Positions 1-10,290 are shown, numbered from the whole stretch's first letter. The stretch is DNA of 62,971 nucleotides, filler included, from Nitrospinae bacterium RIFCSPLOWO2_12_FULL_45_22 (GCA_001803565.1; 7 parts of 7 records of this genome joined end to end with filler, not necessarily neighbours in it); one strand, 5' to 3'. A program made the numbers and translations. Notes: generated from the letters alone by a model not told the origin.

Positions 1-79
1 TACTATAACTCATTTAAGTCAGTGAATTTATTACCTGACCAAAACAAAGTTTCTCATATAGAAACATAAGTTTAAAAAA

Positions 80-177
80 ATTATACGCATCTCCTCGAGC
101 TTATGTCAAGGTTTTTTATCCGGGAAAACCAAGGAAGAGAGGGAGATATTGACAGAGGTGTTCAAAAAACTTAAAAT
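80..177. promoter_or_regulatory. Divergent sigma70-type promoter pair
   Basis: Plus strand TTGACA(149-154)-N17-TAAAAT(172-177) upstream of tRNA-Leu; minus strand TTGACA(109-104)-N18-TATAAT(85-80) pointing out of the window. Confidence 0.7.
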
Positions 178-238
178 AGCCTCGGCCATACAGATCATAA
201 GCCAAGATTACCTAAAAATAAATATCAGTGGAAGAGAT

Positions 239-325
239 GCCGGAGTGGTGAAACTGGTAGACGCGCGGGACTCAAAATCCCGTGGGCTTCGGCCCGTGTC
301 GGTTCGAGTCCGACCTCCGGCACCA
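239..325 (+). tRNA. tRNA-Leu(CAA)
   Basis: Acceptor stem GCCGGAG/CTCCGGC, D loop TGGTAGA, anticodon loop CT-CAA-AA, long variable arm, GTTCGAG T loop, encoded 3' CCA. Confidence 0.97.
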
Positions 326-498
326 GTATTATCAGGATTTTTGCCCTTTCTACCTATTTTTGCTGCCGCTTTAGACAGCCTTTATCTTCCCGTTAACACT
401 CTTTACCCGCCCTTTTTATCCCTCTACTTTGTGAGGGGAGATAGGCAAGAAGTAATAGGGATAATTGTATACCATTGAGGGGGCAAATAATGTAAACT

Positions 499-1203
499 AT
501 GGAAAGAGATTTCAAAAAAGATTGGCGAGAATACCTGCCCAATAAAATACCAACTAAGGATAAATTACCGGATTACCTATACGAAGTCCTGGAAAAAGAA
601 GGGGTGAAAACGATTCTGGATCTAGGCTGTGGCACTGGTAGGTTCACAATTGATTTAGCCAAAAGAGGCTACTCGGTACTGGGCGTTGATATCAATCCAG
701 AGGCGATAGAGGCAGCAGAGTTAGAAGCAGCGAGATTGCACCCCGCTGAGCGTCGAGGCCGTTTAAGATTCATGGCCGGCGACGTTCTTAATGTAGAACT
801 AGATAGGGCTTCATTCGATGCCGTTTTGCTACAACTGGTAATTTCTATAATAGGCAAAGCTGAAGACCGGTGGAGATTAATACAAGTAGCAAGCTCTTTG
901 TTAAAACCTGTTGGGATATTATATTTTAGCGCCTCTGGTGTATCTGATGAAATTAACCCAACCTATGCTGACCTCTACCAAAAAGACCTGCCATTAACCG
1001 GCGAGGAATACACCTATTTTTCCAGGGATCAAAAAACTGGCGAAATACTCTACCTGACTCATCACTTTACTCACGAGGAGCTAGAGGAGTTACTAAAAGA
1101 AGATTTTGAAATAGAAATGATAAGCAAAGAAAGGGAGGCCAGTAGCCGTCGTCCTAGCGAGGCTGCCTATTTCTTCTATGTTATAGCCAGGCAAAAAATC
1201 TAA
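499..1203 (+). CDS. Class I SAM-dependent methyltransferase
   Basis: ILDLGCGTG motif I, GVDIN motif, GAGGGGG RBS upstream. Confidence 0.88.
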   Translation: MERDFKKDWREYLPNKIPTKDKLPDYLYEVLEKEGVKTILDLGCGTGRFTIDLAKRGYSVLGVDINPEAIEAAELEAARLHPAERRGRLRFMAGDVLNVELDRASFDAVLLQLVISIIGKAEDRWRLIQVASSLLKPVGILYFSASGVSDEINPTYADLYQKDLPLTGEEYTYFSRDQKTGEILYLTHHFTHEELEELLKEDFEIEMISKEREASSRRPSEAAYFFYVIARQKI

Positions 1204-1320
1204 CAGAGAGCAAAAACCCGGCTTAGCTTGGGGGCAGGGGTAATTTTCATCTTCCGATGAAGACCGGGGTGACTGTCTGTCCGTGATGGCATCGAGATTA
1301 TGAGAAAGAGTTTTCATAAG

Positions 1321-2033
1321 ATGAATGAGATTAAGAAAACTGATGGAATAAAAAGTTGGCCCAGGTCAGAGCGACCTCGGGAGTTATTATTAGAGAAGGG
1401 GTCTGAATATGTATCCGACGCAGGATTGGTGGCTATACTTCTCCGCACCGGAATAAAGGGAAAGGATGCGGTGACCTTAGGAAGAGAACTCCTTAAGCAC
1501 TTTTCTGGCCTTAGGGGATTATTGAATGCCAACAAAAAGGACCTGGAAGAAATTAAAGGGTTAGGAACTGCCAAGATTGCTCAATTACTTGCAGCTACCG
1601 AGATTGCTAAACGACAGTTGAAAGAGGAAATAGTCGGTAAGACAGTCATTCATGGACCCGAAGATGTCCTTGAGTACCTTTCTTTATCAATGTCGAATCT
1701 CAAAGAAGAGGCATTTAAGGTTATCTACCTCAATAGTGCCAATGTCGTTCTGGCCGCCGAGGATCTATTTAAGGGCACTATCGATCAATCCGCGGTCTAT
1801 CCAAGGGAGATCATCAAAAGGGCCTTTGAATTGAATGCCTCAGGACTTATATTTGTCCACAATCACCCATCGGGCAATTTAGAGCCCAGCCAATATGACT
1901 TATCGCTAAATGAGAAACTGAACAAAGCCTGCCACGCTGTTGATCTGACCCCCTGGATCATCTGATTATAGGTCCTACCGGTTATATTTCATTCACGGAG
2001 AAAGGACTTTTAGTAAAAACAGTAAATACCTAA
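1321..2033 (+). pseudogene. radC: RadC/JAB-domain protein with a 1-nt frameshift near the 3' end
   Basis: ERPRE, HhH (IKGLGTAK), HNHPSG JAB motif; the expected tail LDHLIIGPTGYISFTEKGLL continues in another frame after a C5 run at 1949-1953 and stops at 2031-2033. Confidence 0.85.
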
Positions 2034-2038
2034 AATTC

Positions 2039-2073
2039 ATAGTTTATCATCATATCTAATGATGATAAACTAT
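2039..2073. repeat. Perfect 15-bp inverted repeat with 5-nt spacer
   Basis: ATAGTTTATCATCAT-atcta-ATGATGATAAACTAT; a TTGACA follows at 2088-2093. Confidence 0.85.
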
Positions 2074-2119
2074 ATTAATAACCTCAATTGACACTTCTAT
2101 CGGTATATGGTTAAATTAA

Positions 2120-2142
2120 CGCAGGCTAAAGCCTGCGACTAC
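2120..2142 (-). repeat. GTAG-type REP-like palindrome
   Basis: Minus strand reads GTAGTCGCAGGCTTTAGCCTGCG (GTAG tetranucleotide plus hairpin). Confidence 0.65.
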
Positions 2143-2448
2143 CACAAAACCGCATTAATAAAATGAAAATTCCTATGCTATTAAATTAGACTGGAAACAT
2201 AATGTAACTCCAGAAAGTATCCCTCCGATCATCTCTCCATCCTCCAACACATGCCAGGATTGCGAAAATCCTTTTGTTTTCTTACCACAAATGGTAAAAT
2301 GGTTCTGGCTCTAGCGCTTACACCTAAGTAGATTTGATAAAAATGGACGGAATAAATATGATTATGGTTGAGAAAAGAAAATATTTCAGCGTCATGGCAA
2401 ATAAAGTTTATGCGGCTCCCGCATAGGTAACGGTTGGGAGGTGAATGC

Positions 2449-5007
2449 ATGAAGCAACATGAGGTTGATATTTTATCAAGAGTTCGTGATGAGTTAAATC
2501 GCTTAGGTTATGTTGACAAACTTTTACGACAAGACTACGTCTTTGATGATGCATCCGCCACAGGAACCCGAGAGCTGCATATACCCTTAGCAGCCTTTGC
2601 CCAATGGCCACCATCTTATCGCAATGCTTGTATAGGTGTGCTGACTGCGAACCGTCAACCGGGTCCAGAGCATGTTTCAAGCTATAGCACCCTAGGAGCC
2701 CCAATGTTTTTTGAGACGTTTCAGGACCGTATTGACCGATACCGTGTTGAAGCCTCTCGCCATGCTGTTTTCTTGGAGTCAATTCCAGCCCCAAATATCC
2801 CTAATGCCTTTGAGGCCAACAGAGAGAAGTGGGCCCCTGACACAATTTTCCGTGCCAAAGCTATCACGCCATTGACAGGTCCTGTTCAGCTCGATTTTAT
2901 TGATATAGGCCTTTTCCCTGCTCTAAAGGGTATGATCCATGGTAAATTGGATCGTTTACTAAAGGATATATTACAGAAAGCCATCATTACTTATGAGAGC
3001 AACACCTCAGGCGTCAAACCGGACGAAACTTTGCTCTTTCGCCTGATTTTCCGTTTCCTTGCGGCTAAAATTTTAAAGGACAAGAAACATCCTGGTAACT
3101 GGGCGACCCCCCAGGCAAATAGCATAATTGAAGAAATCCAAAGGTTTTATGGGCTCACTGCACCTAACATGCAAAAGATCCTTGATGAGCCGGGTACACA
3201 GCAGATTGTGTGGGATAAGTTTCGAAACGCTTTTAACTTTCAAAATACCTCTGTGGATGATCTGGCGTTTATTTATGAAAATACTTTAATAAGAGAAGAA
3301 ACTCGTAAACAATTTGGAATACACAGTACTCCGCCTGTTATAGCCGAACTCATAGTCGACCGACTTCCCTTTGAATCATTGCCTCAGGATGAACGTTACG
3401 TTCTCGAACCCTGTGCAGGACACGGTGTTTTTTTGGTTGCAGCCTTGCGCCGTCTTCGCGAATTATTGCCCATATCCTGGAGAGATAAGGAGAGACACAG
3501 GTATCTAAAAGACCGATTAACTGCTATTGAGATTGACCCTTTTGCCGCTGAGGTCTGCCGCCTATCCTTGATATTAGCTGATTATCCCAATCCGGACGGC
3601 TGGGAAATTATGCCTGAAGATATCTTCGCCAGCGACGTTCTAAAGAAGCAATTAAAAACATCCCAAATTGTTCTCTGTAACCCCCCCTTTGAAGATTTTA
3701 CCCCATTTGAAAGAATCCGTTATAGTAATAAAGTTCTAAGTGTCCACAAACCTTATGAGATTCTTCGCAGAGTCCTGGAACATCCTCCGGCCATGTTCGG
3801 CTTTGTGTTACCAAAATCTGCTATAGTGGGAGGAAGATATAGAGACCTCCTAGAACAAATTGTCCGTACTTATAAGAACATAGAAACGATAGCTCTACCG
3901 GATCGGATCTTTGTGTTTTCAGATCAAGAGGCTATGTTAGTCCTTGCTTATGAACATGATAAGACAGCCAATGCAAACGTTCTTACTCGCACCTTTTGGG
4001 TACGCGAAAATGATAGGCAATCGTTGCTCGAAACAAGGCGATTACCCAAAGAGATTAGCAAGGTCATAAATCGCTCAACTCATACGAGACCTATTTCCCC
4101 TTGGAATGCTCCCCTTTCAGAAATTTGGGATTATCTCAAAAGTTATCCCCAGTTAAAGGATGTGGCCGACATTCACAGGGGTATTGAATGGAATATTTCT
4201 CTCAAAGAAAATAGAAGTATTTTGATATCTTCTGAGCCAAAACCCGGCTTCAAAAAAGGAATAGACAAGGTTCGAAGGAAAATAGAGCCTTACTATACCG
4301 AGGGATTCGTATATCTCAATATGGATGAGCAGTATCGCCGAACAACCTCGCATTCATTGCCTTGGGATAGTCCCAAGGTCGTTGCTAACAGTCGCAGGAT
4401 AAGCCGGGGGCCGTGGAGGATTGTCGGTAGTCCGGATTCAAGCGGCTTGGTTTGTTACACAAATTTTTTAGGGATGTGGCCAAAAGTAGATATAAATATA
4501 GAAGCGCTTTCAGCTATCATTAATTCCCCTTTGGTCAATGCGGCGCTTTATCTTAAAGGGTATGGACGTGATAACCTGATTAATATATTGGAAAAAATCC
4601 CAATCCCTTTTTCGATGGCTATTGATACAGATAGAATTACTCTCCTCGCCAGGTACTATGCCAAACTTAGATCAGAATTTAAAAAGGGCCCTGTTAAAGC
4701 AACAACTATTAATGAATGTATCAAAACACTAATGGAAATAGACGGTTTGATTCTAAAGGCCTACGATCTCCCTCCAGGGCTTGAACGGAAGCTTTTGGAG
4801 TTTTTTAGAGGATACGACAGACCCCTTCCATTTGGTTTTCCTGACTATTATCCGCCGAAATTTGGACCCTATATTCCATTGCATAAGTACCTTAAGATGG
4901 ATTTTAAACAAGCCAGCGCCAAAGAGCTTCTTAAAAGAATCATCCCTTTTGATTCCGAAGAAATACATGAACTGGTAATGGATATTGAGAGAAGGCAATC
5001 CTTATGA
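2449..5007 (+). CDS. Large N6-adenine DNA methyltransferase, type IIG/Eco57I-like architecture
   Basis: YENTL...RKQFGIHSTP, motif I EPCAGHGVFL, motif IV NPPF, C-terminal TRD-like region; GGAGGTG RBS favours the ATG at 2449. Confidence 0.88.
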   Translation: MKQHEVDILSRVRDELNRLGYVDKLLRQDYVFDDASATGTRELHIPLAAFAQWPPSYRNACIGVLTANRQPGPEHVSSYSTLGAPMFFETFQDRIDRYRVEASRHAVFLESIPAPNIPNAFEANREKWAPDTIFRAKAITPLTGPVQLDFIDIGLFPALKGMIHGKLDRLLKDILQKAIITYESNTSGVKPDETLLFRLIFRFLAAKILKDKKHPGNWATPQANSIIEEIQRFYGLTAPNMQKILDEPGTQQIVWDKFRNAFNFQNTSVDDLAFIYENTLIREETRKQFGIHSTPPVIAELIVDRLPFESLPQDERYVLEPCAGHGVFLVAALRRLRELLPISWRDKERHRYLKDRLTAIEIDPFAAEVCRLSLILADYPNPDGWEIMPEDIFASDVLKKQLKTSQIVLCNPPFEDFTPFERIRYSNKVLSVHKPYEILRRVLEHPPAMFGFVLPKSAIVGGRYRDLLEQIVRTYKNIETIALPDRIFVFSDQEAMLVLAYEHDKTANANVLTRTFWVRENDRQSLLETRRLPKEISKVINRSTHTRPISPWNAPLSEIWDYLKSYPQLKDVADIHRGIEWNISLKENRSILISSEPKPGFKKGIDKVRRKIEPYYTEGFVYLNMDEQYRRTTSHSLPWDSPKVVANSRRISRGPWRIVGSPDSSGLVCYTNFLGMWPKVDINIEALSAIINSPLVNAALYLKGYGRDNLINILEKIPIPFSMAIDTDRITLLARYYAKLRSEFKKGPVKATTINECIKTLMEIDGLILKAYDLPPGLERKLLEFFRGYDRPLPFGFPDYYPPKFGPYIPLHKYLKMDFKQASAKELLKRIIPFDSEEIHELVMDIERRQSL

Positions 5008-5513
5008 ATGGTTACCTATTGGATACCAACGCAGCCAGTATCCTTTGGGATGCCCGGCATACGGATCACAACAAAATCAAATCTTTTCTCGAAAACCATT
5101 CCCAGTCCCTCCTCTGGATATCTATTATCGTGCTGGCAGAGGTTGAGTACGGACTAAAAACAGCTCCCAAAATGGACACAAGTCGTCAGAATGATGTCAG
5201 GAATGAGATGGCCAAATTTCCCGAAGTTCTTGACCTGGATAAGCACACGGTCTCTTCCTATTCGGATATTCGTGCAGAATTGTTTAAAACTTATTCACCA
5301 AAAGTCCGGAGAAAAAGGCTAACAGCAAAATGGCCAGAAGACCTTTTTGAACGAACAAGTGCCAAAGAACTCGGAGTCCAAGAAAATGATATATGGATAG
5401 CATCGCAAGCAATTCAATACAATTTAATACTGGTTACTGATGATCGCATGTCCCGGCTTGTAGAAGTCTCTAATTCCCTCAATGACCCCCTACAAATTGC
5501 TAAATGGAGATAA
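5004..5513 (+). CDS. PIN-domain (VapC-like) ribonuclease
   Basis: YLLDTN, LAEVEYG, ENDIWIA and LVTDD acidic motifs; ATGA overlap with the upstream methyltransferase. Confidence 0.9.
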   Translation: MNGYLLDTNAASILWDARHTDHNKIKSFLENHSQSLLWISIIVLAEVEYGLKTAPKMDTSRQNDVRNEMAKFPEVLDLDKHTVSSYSDIRAELFKTYSPKVRRKRLTAKWPEDLFERTSAKELGVQENDIWIASQAIQYNLILVTDDRMSRLVEVSNSLNDPLQIAKWR

Positions 5514-5736
5514 CGATGCGATAGTATAATAGGGGTCATCCATTAAATGGCTTGTCAGGTAAAAACATACCTCTCTGGTTTAAAAAATTGTTTATTTTTC
5601 CCCTTGGCTTACCCAAGCCCAGCACAACCCCTCATCTTCACTACCCTTTTCGCACCCGTTATTTCTTTCGGAATAGGTTTACGTTCAGGCTTCGCTAATA
5701 CACACCAGGTAGCAAGCAGGATCCAGGTCAATATAT

Positions 5737-5895
5737 ATTATTGTCGGCATGGACCAGCCTGGTGCGGTGGATATTCAGACACTGGAATGGATTGAATCCG
5801 GAAAAGTAATAGATCGTACCCTGGTTAAGGCGCTTCAGACGGAGATAGATGAAGGCCAAGCCGAAAGGATAGCCCTTTCCATTGAGTTGGGTTAA
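5737..5895 (+). pseudogene. Fragment of a DUF3368-like (PIN-fold) gene
   Basis: Manual translation IIVGMDQPGAVDIQTLEWIESGKVIDRTLVKALQTEIDEGQAERIALSIELG* resembles the PGA..WI..LD.GEAEAIALA.EL core of DUF3368 proteins; both ends missing. Confidence 0.6.
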
Positions 5896-7856
5896 TAATA
5901 ATTTATAGAGTTCAAGCATACAAAATTTTCGGTCGCTTTTGGGATGTCCTGTGGGTGGTGATATATATAAGAGATACTGTATTGGAGTTGATATAGTTTC
6001 GAATATATTCCGTCCTTATTTAATAATTGTTTATGGGTCCCTATCTCTACCAATTTACCTTTCTGCAAGACGATTATTTTATCGCAATTTAAGATAGTAG
6101 ACAATCTATGCGCAATAACTATGGTTGTTCTACCCTCCATTACCTTTTTGGTGGCTTCTTGTATAATTGACTCTGTTATTAGATCAACGTTACTGGTAGC
6201 TTCGTCCAGTATGATTATATCAGGGTTATAAATGAGGATTCTTGCGAACGATATAAGCTGTTTCTCACCCATAGACAGATTAGCCCCCCCCTCGACAACT
6301 TTACTATTAATCCCTTCTGGCAATTTATCTATATAGTAGCTGAGTCCCAGTTCCTTTGATATATATTTCAGATCCTCCGCAGGTATATCTCGGAAGAGGG
6401 TTAAGTTATCCTTTACGGTGCCATGGAAGAGGAAGAGGTCCTGCTGCACTATACCTATCCGGGAGCGGAGCAAGGTCTTATCATATTCCCTCAAATCTAT
6501 CTGGTCTAATAAAATCCTGCCTTGGTTGGGTTCGTAAAAGCGACACAAGAGGTTCATAAGGGTAGTTTTACCGGCCCCGGTTGCCCCAACCACGGCAACC
6601 GATTCCCCGGGCTCCACCGCAAAGCTTATATCCTTTAACACGTAATCTTCCCCAGAATAGGCAAAATAAACCCTATCAAACTCTATTTTTCCTCTTGTAT
6701 AATCATCCTCAATAGTTATCCTACCCTTGTCAATTTTATCTTCTCTTATGCTAATTCCTTCTTCTGCTGAAACTTTAACACCTGACCCTGCTTCATCATC
6801 TAGATAGTCCTTATGATGCCTTTGCCTGCCCTGTCCGGGCCGAGCCATCTCCGAAGGCTCAGCCATGAGATTAAATACCCTCTCAGCCGAGGCCATAGCC
6901 GCCTGAAAGATGGTATACTTATCGGCCAAATCCCATATAGGCATGTATAAATTCTGCGCATAAGCTAAGAAGGCCACTAATATACCTAGTTTTAATTCCC
7001 CCTGGCTATGTAATAAGCCACCGTACCAGAGGATCATAGCGATGGCTAGAGCGGTAAGGATGGTGGTAGTAGGGTGAAAGAGGGCATAGTATCTGGTTGC
7101 CTGCATTTGTTCTTTATAATAGTCTTTACTAATCTCTTTGAATTTCTCAAAATTCTTACCCTCTTTACCAAACAACTGAATGATCTCCATCCCGGATATG
7201 TTCTCGTTCAAGAAGGCATTTATCCTTGCCAGTTTCCTCTTTATCTCTCGGTATATACCTCGTAACCTGTTGCTAAAGAAGAGTGTAGAAAGTATCATGA
7301 GGGGCAAAATACCCAGTGTAATAAGGGCAAGCTTTAAATTAAGGATCAAGAGGAATATAATTACCCCAAATATCAGGCATATATCTCCTATTACTACGAT
7401 GATACCGGATGAAAATAGCTCACTTAGCGTGTTGATATCATTGGCTACCCGGGTAACGATCCTTCCCACTGGATTCTTATCGAAGAATGGTATGGGTAAG
7501 GTCTGGATATGGGAGAACAAGTCCATCCGTAAGTCGCGGATAACGTTTTGCCCCAGGAGTTGCAAAACATAAGTCTGGGCAAAGAGAACCGCCATGGTTA
7601 CCGTGTATATGCCAAATAAGGCCAGGCCTAATAGGATAACCATACTTTTATCGGCTTTATAAATCCCTTCATCGATGACATAACCGATGATATAGGGCGG
7701 GATAAGAGAAAGAGCGGTAGATAGCACCACTAAGGCAAGGGATAAGATTCCACAATAAGGGTACCTCTTCAGGTAGATAAAAAGCTTTCCTACCAAGGCC
7801 CGATCATATAGCTTTACGTTTATGGTATCATCTACGTGATAGAAACTGTTATGCAT
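5892..7856 (-). CDS. ABC exporter, fused permease/ATPase (MdlB/YheH-like)
   Basis: Hydrophobic TMD, Walker A GATGAGKT, signature LSMGEKQ, Walker B ILDEAT, IAHRL. Confidence 0.93.
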   Translation of the reverse strand: MHNSFYHVDDTINVKLYDRALVGKLFIYLKRYPYCGILSLALVVLSTALSLIPPYIIGYVIDEGIYKADKSMVILLGLALFGIYTVTMAVLFAQTYVLQLLGQNVIRDLRMDLFSHIQTLPIPFFDKNPVGRIVTRVANDINTLSELFSSGIIVVIGDICLIFGVIIFLLILNLKLALITLGILPLMILSTLFFSNRLRGIYREIKRKLARINAFLNENISGMEIIQLFGKEGKNFEKFKEISKDYYKEQMQATRYYALFHPTTTILTALAIAMILWYGGLLHSQGELKLGILVAFLAYAQNLYMPIWDLADKYTIFQAAMASAERVFNLMAEPSEMARPGQGRQRHHKDYLDDEAGSGVKVSAEEGISIREDKIDKGRITIEDDYTRGKIEFDRVYFAYSGEDYVLKDISFAVEPGESVAVVGATGAGKTTLMNLLCRFYEPNQGRILLDQIDLREYDKTLLRSRIGIVQQDLFLFHGTVKDNLTLFRDIPAEDLKYISKELGLSYYIDKLPEGINSKVVEGGANLSMGEKQLISFARILIYNPDIIILDEATSNVDLITESIIQEATKKVMEGRTTIVIAHRLSTILNCDKIIVLQKGKLVEIGTHKQLLNKDGIYSKLYQLQYSISYIYHHPQDIPKATENFVCLNSINYY

Positions 7857-7937
7857 AGTCCTTATTTGCTGGGTTGGGAGACCCAGCCCTACCCCGCAGG
7901 ATAGGATCGGGTCTCCTGACCCGATCTTTAACTTACT

Positions 7938-9689
7938 TTATAACCTTACTTCTTTTAGCTGGCTTAACTTGAGGAGTCTTGCATATAAACCATCTTGTAC
8001 CATCAGCCAGTCATGCGTGCCGCTTTCCACAATCTCTCCTTCTTTAAACACGACTATCAGGTCAGCATCCTTTATCTTTGCCAGCCTGTGGGTAATAATA
8101 ATAGTTGTAAACCCCTTCCTCTCGGCTCTGAGGCACTCCAATATTGCCTCTTCCTTTTCTGCATCCACTGATGAGAAGGGGTCATCCAGTATGAGTATGG
8201 GTGGTTTTCTTATAAGGGCCCGGGCTAGGGTGAGCCTCTGCTTCTGCCCACCAGATAGGTTGATGCCACGTTCTCCCAGATATGAGCCATACTGGTACGG
8301 AAACCCCTGTATCTCGTCATGAATCATCGCAATCCTCGCGGCTTCTTCCACCGAATAGGATGGCCGGGCATCCGTGCCCAGGCCAAAGGCGATATTTTCA
8401 TAGATAGTTTCTGAAAAGAGGAAAGGGTCTTGGGGTACAAATCCTATATTTTCCCTGATCCTCTCAAGCGGAATGTCAGTTATATCCACTCCATCTAAAA
8501 ACAACATTCCCTGGTTAACCGGGTGAAGTCCAGGTATTAATCTAGCCAAGGTACTCTTGCCTGATCCTATGGGACCAACAAATGCTACCACCATCCCCGG
8601 ACTTATATCCAAGTTGATACCCTCAAGGACTGGTTTAGAGGCTCCGGGATAACTAAACGATAAGTTTTTAAACTCTATCTTGCCTTTTATAGTTTTTATA
8701 TCCCGGTGATGATCGCCCTCTGGTCTCTCTGGCGTGGTGTCTAGTACCTCCCTTATCCGTTTCATAGAGGTCAATCCCTTTTGTAATAGATAAATTGCCC
8801 AGCCAACGGCCTTCATAGGCCATATAAGCCTGGATATATACCTTTGAAAGGCGACAAATGTTCCGATGGTTATAGCGCCATTTATAACGTATATACCACC
8901 TACCATTATGAGGAGCACCATCCCGGCATCCATGAAATACTCCATAAACGGTACGAAATATGCCTGGATAAAAGCCAGGGACAGGTTCTTATCCCGGCAT
9001 TTATCATTAATCTGCCTAAAAGATGCTACCTCTTGCTCAGCCCTATTGAATGTCTTTATAACCCTTATACCAGAGACATTCTCCCTTACCTTCTAACTTA
9101 TCTCAGAGAAGGCCTTCAGGACCTCATCAGATTTACGATCTATAATATTCCGGTTCTTTTTGACGAAGAAGGGGAGGCAGGGTAAGAAAAGAAAACTCAC
9201 TAGGGTAAGCCCAGGGGAGAGATAGATCATTATAATAGGGATGGTTAATATATAGAACAATGAGTCCAACGTTATAAGTATCCCCATGCCTACTGCCATT
9301 CTAACTGACTCTGAATCGTTCGTAGCCCTAGACATAATGTCACCCGTAGGTATGGATTGGAAGTAAGATCTGGAAAGCTTCTCCAGGTGTCGGAAAAGCC
9401 TTGCTTTCATATCGTATTCTATCCGGAAGGCAGCACCGACTAAATTCATCCGCCAGCCATATCGAAATAAACCTTGCAGGCAGGCTACCAAGACGAAAAG
9501 GATCGTAAGGGGCATTACACTCCTTTTGCTGGTAATATCAGATATATAGTCAATGGCTACTTTGATTATCAGAGGTGGGAATAGATCAAGGATATCTACT
9601 GCCAGCAGGGAGAGAATGCCCTGGATATAAAAACGTTTATGTCTCTTGATATTGTCCCAAAATAAATAGGTATCCCTGGATAACATCAA
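7938..9689 (-). pseudogene. ABC exporter partner subunit (MdlA/YheI-like) interrupted by an in-frame TAG
   Basis: ORFs 9093-9689 and 7938-8945 are in the same frame and read FSEIS-TAG-KVRENVSGIRVIKTF...; Walker A GPIGSGKS, LSGGQKQ, degenerate Walker B ILDDP. Confidence 0.85.
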
Positions 9690-10046
9690 AAGCTTTAGCC
9701 TCTTCCTACGACTACTGGCCTGAAAGTTGATTCCTGAAACCTCATACCTCTATACCTACTTAAGTATTATACCGACTTCTCGGTGAAAATCTTCATGAGA
9801 TTGCGGAGGCTGTTCCGAGCGGGGTGAGGAATCTCGCGCCGGGTTTGCTTCGGCTTCGCCTTGCAACTGCTAGCGCACCTTGCAATGACATTACGAAACC
9901 TTTTTCTGTCATTGAGTCCAAAGCGAAGCAATCTCAGTCCCTCGTTATTTCACAGAGAATTGCGGCCTTGACTCCCAATATAACAGTCTATAATATAGGG
10001 ACGTTATGCCAAAGACTGTTAGTTATCAGAAGGCTGGTGACAGCAA

Positions 10047-10260
10047 TATATTATCCTGGATCCAGAGCGAATGATGAAAATCCTTTATAAAATGATGATT
10101 CGGCTATCACAGAATGTAGGGACGGGGTTCATCCCCGTCCGCTCTGCCTGTGCTATGGCAGACCTGTCTGCCATAGCACAGGCAGGCAGGTAAAACGGAC
10201 AGCCACAAGGGCTGTCCCTACAGTTAAATAAAAAATTCGCTCTGGATTCAGGATTATATA
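10047..10260. mobile_element. MITE-like element with ~26-bp terminal inverted repeats enclosing a REP pair
   Basis: TATATTATCCTGGATCCAGAGCGAAT ... ATTCGCTCTGGATTCAGGATTATATA (24/26); contains GTAGGGACGGGGTTCATCCCCGTCCG and CGGACAGCCACAAGGGCTGTCCCTAC. Confidence 0.6.
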
Positions 10261-10290
10261 AAACGAAGTAAATAAAGAGAGGGGCAAAAG

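Noticed and set aside
149-478. 109-aa ORF
   Set aside because: Starts at the TTG of the -35 box and runs through tRNA-Leu; spurious
9824-10090. 88-aa ORF
   Set aside because: Made of repeat-derived sequence with no recognisable motif
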